A DNA stretch of 63,922 nucleotides, filler included, from Chrysochromulina tobinii (Eukaryota): NCBI GenBank assembly GCA_001275005.1. It is 7 parts of 7 records of this genome, joined end to end, with 100 filler letters (N's around TTAATTAATTAA, not from the genome) between each part and the next. Parts side by side here need not be neighbours in the genome. Positions count along the whole stretch, not along the records: positions 30,357 to 48,486 come from JWZX01000791.1; 6 more parts are not named here. One strand, given 5' to 3'. The translations under genes and the position numbers were made by a program. The notes under the pieces were generated by a model. The model saw nothing but the letters and a program-made list of their open reading frames with translations. It searched no databases and was not told the origin of the DNA. Of this stretch, positions 31,741 to 40,468 are shown piece after piece; the first letter of the stretch is position 1; every line of letters starts with the position of its first letter.

Positions 31741-32838
31741 ATGGGGTGTTCAAAGAGGTGCGCGCTCCTTTTGGCCGTCTTCGATGTGGGCCGCGGCCAG
31801 CAGGAGGCTGGCGTAGTCGGCCTCGTCGATGCCTTCGTCGCCTCGCCCGCACGGCGCTACACGAACGATAGGGCCGCCCAACTGGTCCGGCTGGGATTTG
31901 CGCCGAGGCGCGTCGCCCCGGTCTATCTTTCGGCGGAGGAGCACCTGCGCAGGGGCTGTAAGCTCACTGCGAAGCAAGCGGGCGTCTTCGCCGTGCATGT
32001 GCACATGTGGAAGACGGTGAGCGAGCTCCTCAGACGGCCCGACGCAAAGGCGCTGCTGCTCGAGGACGACTGGTCGATAGGCGCGCAGAATGAGAGCGAC
32101 GTGGCGGCCGAGCTCCGTCGTATCGAGCTCCGGGACGACGACTGGCAGCTCATAGGCCACTGCCACGGCACCTCTTGCACCACCGCCTACTACCTGAGCC
32201 AGCATGCTGCTCAGCAGCTCTCGGACGCGCAGATCGACCCCTGCGAGGTGGGCGACTGCCCCGTGGACTGGTTCCTCGAGACGCTGGCGAGCGCGGGCCT
32301 CCTCCGCACGTACGTGACGCCGCGCCAGGCGCCCTTCGGCCGGCTCCTGAACGGGACCGTCGATTGGAGTCAAGATGGGCTGTTCCAACAAGATCAGCAC
32401 CAGTTTGCAGTCGAGGAGGACTTGCCTAATAAGGAGGGATCTCCGGTGAGGAGATCGGCAGCAGTCCCATCGCCAGCTGCCGAGCCCCATCCCTCTTCAG
32501 TGACGCACCATCCAGCGCACCATCTTGTCCGCCATCCACTGCCCCCGCCCCCTACCCCGCCGCCGCTCGAGGCGCCGGGCTTGCCTAATCAGGACTCGTG
32601 CGCCGACTCCGACACCCCGCCTGCTGCTCGTGCTCAGCATGCAAGTGCTCACTACGGCGCCACCTCCCGCCACCCAAGCCGCCGCCGTCTCCCTCCGCCG
32701 AGGCCCCCGCCAGCATTGAGCACAATCCCTCCGCCGCTCCCTCCGCCGAGTACACGTGTCTACCAGAGCTGTGAATGCATGCTTCGACGGCTCCGCCTCT
32801 TTGAGCACACTAGGCAGAAGAGCGCAAATGCATGCTGA
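31741..32838 (+). CDS. Glycosyltransferase family 25-like protein; Pro-rich 3' part uncertain
   Basis: GVFAVHVHMWK..ALLLEDDW..TTAYYLS..AA..L..PVDWFL; N-terminal hydrophobic segment. Confidence 0.55.
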   Translation: MGCSKRCALLLAVFDVGRGQQEAGVVGLVDAFVASPARRYTNDRAAQLVRLGFAPRRVAPVYLSAEEHLRRGCKLTAKQAGVFAVHVHMWKTVSELLRRPDAKALLLEDDWSIGAQNESDVAAELRRIELRDDDWQLIGHCHGTSCTTAYYLSQHAAQQLSDAQIDPCEVGDCPVDWFLETLASAGLLRTYVTPRQAPFGRLLNGTVDWSQDGLFQQDQHQFAVEEDLPNKEGSPVRRSAAVPSPAAEPHPSSVTHHPAHHLVRHPLPPPPTPPPLEAPGLPNQDSCADSDTPPAARAQHASAHYGATSRHPSRRRLPPPRPPPALSTIPPPLPPPSTRVYQSCECMLRRLRLFEHTRQKSANAC

Positions 32839-33107
32839 TCGGAGGTTGCACAGGCTACGGTGCTGGCTCATCGTCATCCGCCTTTCAGCCCTCACGTTGA
32901 CATCCAGGGACAGCGCTGCGTGCGCGGATGCGCTCATTCTGAAGCGCTCAGCCGCTCACACTGTTTACAATTCAGGTAGGATACGTAGGATGTTGAACTT
33001 TGAAGACACAAAACATTGTAGGCATGGTACGGCTCGATTCAAAGAAGAGCGAGAGGAGGATCTTTCTTCTTTGGAGGATACTAGACTAAAAATTCCTTCA
33101 TGAGGAA

Positions 33108-33231
33108 GTTGACTCGTGTGAACCCTTTTTTTTACACGAAAAGCCAGGTCGTCGCACATCGTGCATTCCCAAAGCCGCTTCGTTCGGCGCTCGCGTTTTC
33201 GTTGGGAAATTCATTTTCCCCGAAAGTCTAG
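33108..33231. repeat. Right arm of the imperfect inverted repeat
   Basis: Reverse complement aligns with 30517-30615. Confidence 0.8.
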
Positions 33232-33240
33232 TCGTCGTGC

Positions 33241-33271
33241 CGACCAATCACTAGTGTCCAGTGACCAATCA
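33241..33271 (+). promoter_or_regulatory. Tandem CCAAT boxes (GACCAATCA x2) just upstream of ATG 33293
   Basis: Two identical 9-mers 21 bp apart; function inferred only. Confidence 0.35.
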
Positions 33272-33292
33272 GGAACTCCAGGAAGTGCCTCC

Positions 33293-35059
33293 ATGAAGCG
33301 TCGTCGGGATGGCGACGTCGGAGGTGGCGATGACATCGGCGGCGACGGCGTCAACGGCGATGTGAGGGTGCGAAGCGCCGAGGGCGAGGAGGTCCCGTGG
33401 TCCCGTTTGGCCGCGGCGCGATCGGCGGCGCTCGCCAACTGGGTGAGCGACACGGGCGGAGCCGAGGGGGCGTTCGCCACTCTGGTGCCTGCGGCTGCGC
33501 TCCGCGCGCTCGCGCGCGTCGCCGAGGGCGGTGCGGAGGATGGCAGGGCGCTGGAGGGGTGCTCGCTCGCGCAGCTCGCGCAGCTGTTGTACGGCGCGCA
33601 CTTTCTCGACGTGGACGTCGAGCTTCTCCGACTCCTCTCCCGTTCCCTGTGCACCGGCCACCTCGCCAGCAAGAGTGGCGCGGAGCTCGGGCGGCTGCTG
33701 GGCGTCGTGAGCGACTTCCCCACCGAGGCGGAGCGGCAGGCGGCGACGGAGGAGCCGCTCTACACGCAAGACGCTCAGCACGACGCCACTGCACTGCGAG
33801 CGGCCGACGCACCCGCACCGCCAGCGCCAGTGTGCTGGCTCTCGACGCAGCTCGTCAACGAGGACGCCCTCGAGGACGCCCTCGCAGACGCTGACGTGCC
33901 GACGCTGTGTGCGCTCAAGGGCGTGAGCCTCGCGTGGCGTGCGCGGGCGCGGCGCGTCCTGTGCGCGCGGCTGTGCGCACGCGTCGGCCTGCCGCTCACG
34001 AGCAACCTCGCTAAGGTGACTGAGCTCGACCTCTCGGGCAGCCGCGCCGCCGGTCGCCTCATCGGCGACGCGGTCGACGCGTCGCGCTGGCTGCCCAACC
34101 TGGCAAAGGTGACGGGGCAGGGTGGCTTCGAGGTGGACGTGGCCGCGCTGAGGCGCGTGGCGTCATCGGATGTATCGGAAGAATATGAAGATGGTACGCA
34201 ACCGTATCCGATGGCAGGGGTGCGCGCATGCATCCGCGGCGAGGGCGAGGCGCCGATGGAGGTGCTGCTCGCGGCGTGCGCTCTGCGCGATGGCGAGGCG
34301 CACGTGCCGGCGAACGCGTTCCGCGACGACACGTCCATGACGTCGATCCAGCTGCCCGCCGGCCTCATGAGCATCGGTGAGAGCGCCTTCTATGAGTGCT
34401 CCTCGTTGACATCGATGGAGCTGCCCGCCGGCCTCACGAGCATCGGCGGGGGCGCCTTCTTTGGCTGCTCCTCGATGACTTCGATCGAGCTGCCCGCCGG
34501 CCTCACGAGCCTCGGTGGGGGCGCCTTCTGTGGCTGCTCCTCATTGACGTCGATCGAGCTGCCTGCCGGCCTCACGAGCATTGGTGAGTACGCCTTCGAT
34601 GGCTGCTCCTCGATGACGTCGATCGAGCTGCCCGCCGGCCTCACGAGCCTCGGTGGGGGCGCCTTCTATGAGTGCTCCTCATTGACGTCGATCCAGCTGC
34701 CCGCCGGCCTCACGAGCATTGGTGAGTACGCCTTTGCTTACTGCTCCTCGATGACGTCGATCGAGCTGCCCGCTGGCCTCACGAGCATCGGTGAGAGCGC
34801 CTTCTTTCGCTGCTCCTCGATGACGTCGATCGAGCTGCCTGCCGGCCTCACGAGCATCTGTGAGTGCGCCTTTCAGGGCTGCTCCTCAATGACGTCGATC
34901 GAGCTGCCCGCCAGCCTCACGAGCATCGGTAAGGGGGCCTTCCGTGGCTGCTCCTCGTTGATGTTGATCAAGCTGCCCGCTGGCTTCTATGACAGCATTC
35001 TCGAATCTGCTGCAGTGCCTCCCAGTGCCATCCTATGCTTTGCACCAAAAGTTGGTTGA
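33293..35059 (+). CDS. SKP1-like, F-box-like and BspA-type (LRR_5) repeat protein
   Basis: VRVRSAEGEEV..LAQLLYGAHFLDV..LL..LASKSGAELGRLLGVVSDFPTEAE (SKP1 pattern); DVPTLCALKGVSLAWR (F-box pattern); nine 23-aa SxTSIELPAGLTSIGxxAFxxCS units. Confidence 0.8.
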   Translation: MKRRRDGDVGGGDDIGGDGVNGDVRVRSAEGEEVPWSRLAAARSAALANWVSDTGGAEGAFATLVPAAALRALARVAEGGAEDGRALEGCSLAQLAQLLYGAHFLDVDVELLRLLSRSLCTGHLASKSGAELGRLLGVVSDFPTEAERQAATEEPLYTQDAQHDATALRAADAPAPPAPVCWLSTQLVNEDALEDALADADVPTLCALKGVSLAWRARARRVLCARLCARVGLPLTSNLAKVTELDLSGSRAAGRLIGDAVDASRWLPNLAKVTGQGGFEVDVAALRRVASSDVSEEYEDGTQPYPMAGVRACIRGEGEAPMEVLLAACALRDGEAHVPANAFRDDTSMTSIQLPAGLMSIGESAFYECSSLTSMELPAGLTSIGGGAFFGCSSMTSIELPAGLTSLGGGAFCGCSSLTSIELPAGLTSIGEYAFDGCSSMTSIELPAGLTSLGGGAFYECSSLTSIQLPAGLTSIGEYAFAYCSSMTSIELPAGLTSIGESAFFRCSSMTSIELPAGLTSICECAFQGCSSMTSIELPASLTSIGKGAFRGCSSLMLIKLPAGFYDSILESAAVPPSAILCFAPKVG

Positions 35060-35410
35060 GCTGCTGCCGGCCTCACGAGCATCGTTAGGAGCGCCTTCTG
35101 GGGCTGCTCCTCGATAACGTCGATCGCACTGCCCGCCGGCCTCACGAGCATCGTTGGGTGGGCCTTCTATGAGTGCTCCTCTTTGACGTCGATCCCGCTG
35201 CCTGCCAGCCTCACTAGCCTCAATTCCGAGTTCGTCTTCCATGGCTGCTCCTCGATGACGTCGATCGAGCTGCCAGCCGGCCTCACGAGCCTCGGTGATG
35301 ACGCCTTCAAGGGCTGCTCCTCGTTGACGTCCATCGAGCTGCCTGCGAGCTCCGATGACAGCACTCTAAGGTCCGCTGGAGTGCCTCCCAGCCCCATCCG
35401 TCGCTTTGCA
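35057..35410 (+). pseudogene. Orphan BspA repeat units plus a second copy of the C-terminal cap, downstream of the stop codon
   Basis: About four degenerate 69-bp units, then DDSTLRSAGVPPSPIRRFA (compare YDSILESAAVPPSAILCFA). Confidence 0.7.
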
Positions 35411-35887
35411 CTCGACTTGCTTCTGCCATCGAACACAAGGTCATGTGGAGTGACCCTTAAGCGCACATCGCACATGCTGGCGGCTACAGAGTAAACATGC
35501 GGGCCTCGCACAGGGCTGGTAGGACGATTGTATGTGCTGTGGTGCTGAACTGTATTCCATCTGTATATGACGGTGCTTCTACTACACCCGGTACTACCTC
35601 TGGTCGATATAAAATCACGCGCCTTTTAGCTCGACCTTTTAGCCGCTCGACCGCGCCAGGGCCCCCGCCGGGGCCCCGGGTGTGCTGGGCGCAATTGGCT
35701 GGGCGGTCGTGCTGGCCGAGGGGTTCGACACACCGCGTCCGCTCTCGAGCCCGATTCATTTCGTTCTGTCACCAGAATACCTGACGACGTCCCCGAGCTC
35801 ACGTCGATTCGGCCGAACCAAAAGCGTTGGAACCATCGTCGGGCCCGCGCGGCAGGCTGGATAGGCCGCTGCGCGGAGACAGCGAGG

Positions 35888-36316
35888 CTATGTCTCCTCA
35901 TCCACCGCCAGCCGCTCGCGCTCGCTCCGAGGCGAGTGCGCTTGAAATAGCACTTCGCTGAGGGAGTCGTTCAAGAGGCCCTCTCGCATGACACACGCCG
36001 CCCGGCAGGCCGCGAAACTCCAAAAGCACGCGCCGACGACGAGGTAGGTGATGAAGGTAGGCGGCAGCAGGTGGGGCGCCGAGACAAGTACGTAGACGTA
36101 GTTGAGCGCCACGCCCCACGAGGAGCCCACGCAGAGACAACGCAGGCAGCTGACCGTGCGCTGGTTGCGGTACCGGTGCGGTACCCAGCCCGGCTGAGTC
36201 AGTTTGAAGGCGTCCACGTGTGCAATTAGGGCGACGGCGAAGCTGATCACCCCCAAATCCAGAGCGCCATGGCAAGCCTTCTCGACCGCCCAGAGCCAGA
36301 AGAAGAGCGCCACCAT
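35888..36316 (-). CDS. Small four-TM membrane protein
   Basis: ATG-initiated ORF with four hydrophobic stretches. Confidence 0.55.
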   Translation of the reverse strand: MVALFFWLWAVEKACHGALDLGVISFAVALIAHVDAFKLTQPGWVPHRYRNQRTVSCLRCLCVGSSWGVALNYVYVLVSAPHLLPPTFITYLVVGACFWSFAACRAACVMREGLLNDSLSEVLFQAHSPRSERERLAVDEET

Positions 36317-36518
36317 GCCACAGGCGGGATGTGGTGTGATGAAGAAATTTACAAATTCAAGTTACAATAGTACTGTACATGTACGTGTATTTCTGTTCAG
36401 ATGATTGCTCAGAGTTCCGCAGTTCGGCGAAGCAGGGTATTGCACCTTCTAAGTGCGTTTCGTCAACCGTGCCCCACTTTGAGACGAACGTGGAGATTTC
36501 TCGGACTACCAGACACCC

Positions 36519-36908
36519 ATGCTCCGCGCACTTCTCGTTGCTCTTTTCGCCCTCGCCGCGGGCGCCTTTTTCGCTCCGATGGCGGCGCCGCGCGCCGCTA
36601 TCGAGGCCCGCTCTGTCAAGATCCAGATGGACATTGCCTTCAACTTCAACGACGAGGCGCTCGATAACCCCGCCAGTAGGAGAAAGGCGGCTGAACGCAC
36701 AGCCTCTCATCTCCTTGCTGCTCTCCTGCGTCCTGCACCCACGCTGATCGGTCGCCGAGCCCGACTCCCGTGTATGGACAGTCGCCGAGGACAAGCATGC
36801 GCAGCCGGCGCGCAAGTGCGCTTCGTGCTTTGGGTGATCCGGAGACACCCGCTGCCCCGTGGGCGGCATCTAAACGTGCCGTTCGACACACCCGAGTCGG
36901 GCGAATGA
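36519..36908 (+). CDS. Small probably plastid-targeted protein; 3' structure unresolved (likely intron after ~36676)
   Basis: Signal peptide, AGAFFAP (ASAFAP-like) motif and a transit peptide ending in IQM. Confidence 0.45.
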   Translation: MLRALLVALFALAAGAFFAPMAAPRAAIEARSVKIQMDIAFNFNDEALDNPASRRKAAERTASHLLAALLRPAPTLIGRRARLPCMDSRRGQACAAGAQVRFVLWVIRRHPLPRGRHLNVPFDTPESGE

Positions 36909-37629
36909 CTTCGCCACGCAAAATAATTCGAGTGGTGAATGAGAAGCCTGACGCCAACGCCTTGTACCGCACAGGACCGTAGAGCGCTCTCTCTCTCCTT
37001 GCAACCAGCATGTATCGACATTGCCCTGTCCTGGATCTTCAGGCCGTCCTTATGGGCCAGTGCCCAGGAGCTCCCAGGTCCGGCCTGCTCATGTCGGATC
37101 GGTTTGGTTTTATATATTGGTGCAAGTAGCGAAAACTTCGCGTGCGCGTGTTCAAACACGCAGGATGGTGGCTGCGGATTCCGGCAGGCGCCCCCCGGTT
37201 AGAGCGCCCCCCGGTTAGAGCGTTTTGTTAGGCGCCCCGACGGTATCCCGACTGTGTGCGCCGGGGCACTATACATGGCGCGGCACCTGCACGCCTTTAT
37301 ACGAGTCATATTCGAGACGAGCACACTGTAAACGAGCTGACGAAGGATGGCACGATACAACCGTCGTACATATTTCGTATGATCCATGAGTGAGATGCGA
37401 ACATGCGATCTGGACCCGCGCGCGCACAGCGCATACACACGACGCGCACAGTAAGCGCACAGCACACGCACACACCCTACTGGTCGCGCTGCAGCTGCAG
37501 TGCAATGGGCGAGGGGCACGTCCTGCGCGACACGCATGGCGACTCGGGTCCATATCGCATCGGCGATCGGCCCGGCCAACGCCCATTGCCAACGCACCGC
37601 CCTGACCGCAGCTCAAAGTAAGAGATTGA

Positions 37630-38343
37630 TCATACACGGACACTACCTGGGACGCAGCCACGAGTAGGACGGGCATTCGCCCACTCGTGCGCGCCGGACG
37701 GGGGCGGCTCTCTGGAGAACTCTTCTGGAGATGGCCCCCTCGTGGGATGACGATGTTGATGACCCCACAGGCTTCCGCTCTGGCGATGGCTCCATAGGAG
37801 GCCACGCCCCCATATCGAGCTAAAACGGCTGTGCATGAACGTTGGGCGCCGGCGCGGCGGTGCAGCATCGCTGTGATGGCGGGTAGGCGGCGGAAACGGT
37901 GAAGGGTACGGCGGGTACGGGTACGGGTATGGCATCTGGTGCTGCTGCGCCTTTCCGCAGCCGCAGCGATTGCCTCGCAGGCAGCGGCACATCATGCAGC
38001 TAGCGCAGAGGAAGAGGAGAACGCCCCCGAGAATAGGAAGTATCCTCCATACGATAATGGCTGAGTTCAGCCACCATTCCGGAGCGCCGAGAGATTCACT
38101 GCAGCCAGGCAGTGCATAGTGGGCGCTGCCGTTTCTTGCGGTGCCGGGATCTCCTGGGATGAGGGGCTCTTGGGGCGCTTGCACGTTGGGCGAATTGAGG
38201 CCTTGCGTCGGAGTGAATGATGAAGAGGGCGGTGGTGGAGGGGACGCCAGAGCAAGCATCGCAATGGTCAGCATCAGTCCACGCACGGCCACCCGGCGTC
38301 CAAGTGCGCCAATCAGAACTTTGTAGGCCGAGTTTGGTATCAT
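37630..38343 (-). CDS. Hypothetical single-pass membrane protein with a Cys-rich juxtamembrane region and a PY-rich tail
   Basis: Signal-like leader, TM segment ILPILGGVLLFLC, YPYPYPPYP. Confidence 0.45.
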   Translation of the reverse strand: MIPNSAYKVLIGALGRRVAVRGLMLTIAMLALASPPPPPSSSFTPTQGLNSPNVQAPQEPLIPGDPGTARNGSAHYALPGCSESLGAPEWWLNSAIIVWRILPILGGVLLFLCASCMMCRCLRGNRCGCGKAQQHQMPYPYPYPPYPSPFPPPTRHHSDAAPPRRRPTFMHSRFSSIWGRGLLWSHRQSGSLWGHQHRHPTRGPSPEEFSREPPPSGAHEWANARPTRGCVPGSVRV

Positions 38344-38510
38344 AATTTAAGCTAGAAACCATTGTTACGGCTCCGCACGTAGGGTCGAGTTTGACGCAGT
38401 CAATGTTACAATTCCTTGGCTCAATTTGTCGCGGTGTGAACGGGGGCGACGCGAAAATTCCAGGCCTTTTCGTGTCGCCGCCCTCTCTGCACAGCCTCTC
38501 GGTGGCCGCG

Positions 38511-39609
38511 ATGGGCTCGTTTGCCAAGGTCCTCTCTCAGCTGGGCAACGTGGCATCCGCACGGTTGGCCGCACCGGCCGCCACTGGCACGTCGCGCGGC
38601 ATAATTCAGGGCTCTCGTGCCAACAAACAAGGCCTGTCGCTCATGCTCGATGGAACGCTGAAAGCTGGGCATGACATGAAGACTTTTGGGCTAGGGACGG
38701 CGGCATCGCTTGCGACGGTCGAACGATACGCTCGCTTCACCGCGGCCATGCATCACGTGTACGGCACCATGGAGAGGTCTTTCGACGCCTCGACGTCTCC
38801 TGTAGTCGTCCCACTGTGGCAGCGCTTCGGTGACTCGTTGCGTCGCGAGCCGTCACTGGCCCTCGACCTGGCGGACGTGAGCTCGAGTGCTACGCTGCAC
38901 AGCCGCACGCCAGCGACTGCAGCCTACTGCGCCGCCATCGAGGATGCCGCGGCAAGGGACAATGCCGACGGTGGGGGCCGTTTGATAGGCCACCTCTACT
39001 GCCGTTACTTTGCAGATCTGTTTGGTGGTCAGGTGAGTGGCACTGAGTGGCACTGAGGGCCAACAATTGCCATCTGCGCCATGCCATCGAAGCGCCATTT
39101 GAGTGCCGTGCGATCTCTCCCTCACACGCGGAGTCTTGGTGTGCACAAGCAGGCGCTCGCAGCCCCCACACGGTACGCTCTCGCGCCGGCTGTCCGCCCC
39201 GGTACGCCTCGGCACTACGACTTTGGCGACTTCGGCGCACGGCGCGCCGAGTCGGTGGAAGCGCTGTACCAAGCGTTCAACACGGCGGGGGCGGCGCTCG
39301 GATCTCAAGCGGCACAAGACGAAGTCGTAACGGAAGCGAACCGCGCGTTCGCGCATAACATTGCGGTGCGCATAGCTTCGACCAGCTTCGACCAGCTGCG
39401 ACTAGCTTCGACCAGCTTCGACTAGCTTCGACCAGCTTCTTACCGCCGCGCTCTGCCAAGCACTGCCGTGTGCCTGAGTGGCCGTTGTTTGCCTCCTTCA
39501 TCAGGTGTACTCAGAGGAAGGGGCCCTGTGGAGTGGCGCAGCGCACGGCGTCGCCAACATGGTTCGTGGCTTTGTGCGCGCGAAGGTCGTTGGTTCCCCT
39601 GCCGAATAA
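38511..39609 (+). CDS. Heme oxygenase-like protein; exons 38511-39032, 39153-39365, 39505-39609
   Basis: HVYGTME, LRREPSLALDL, PATAAY, HLYCRYFADLFGGQ, YDF, EANRAF..N motifs; two GT-AG introns. Confidence 0.88.
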
Positions 39610-40468
39610 CCAAGTGGCCTTTGGCAGGTCGTTGGGTCCCCTGCCGAATAACCCGAGTGGCCTTTGGCGCGAAGAGCTCCCACCTCTGGGGCTGAGTCAG
39701 CCGTGGACGCAGGATTTCGGTCCCGCCACCACAGCTTGCCGCGTCTACTGTTCGTGCCGCGGTCTAGAATACTATGTGCTGTGCTGTGTGCCACTGTGGA
39801 GCCGTGTGCCTACGTGGAGACGGATAGGTTGTGATGCGAGAGAGGGGCGCGCAAACGGTGCAAGGCTGCGAGCAGGCGCAATGCTCGAGACGGGGTAGCG
39901 ATACCGACTCTCGCGTACCGAAGCTCTCCCGGGGCCCCAACCTCGAACCTGCAGAACTCCACCCCACTGCTTCCCCACACCATTACCACCATGACATGCA
40001 CTCCATGATGATGCGCGATGTGGTACGCACAGTGCCGCCTTGCCTCCATGTCTTCTTCCACGGCGTATGGAACGTAATGCATGCAATTTGGGCCGTTGGC
40101 TAGCTCGCCTGTGGCGTGTGGGGAGCCCTCATTCACACCCTCTATGCTCTAAAAACACAACCACACCTGCGCTTGAATGAGCTTGAGCACACAGCGGAGA
40201 TACGTTTGCGCCGCGCAGTGGCGCCGATTCGGCGCCAAACGAAGACGAATAAAATATGCTAGGTTTGGGAAAGCGGTTGCTAGAGAGCGGACGCCAAGTG
40301 GCGCCAAGCTCAGACGCGTCGATTAGCATCCGCCAGGGTGCCCGCGATCAGCCGCACCTACCTCTCAACGCCAAGGCAGTACATGGTGCTGGGTGACGTT
40401 GCCAGAGGTGAGAGTATACATATTGCTCGCATGCGACGAAGGCCACGTCGTCTGACCCATGAATGCCC

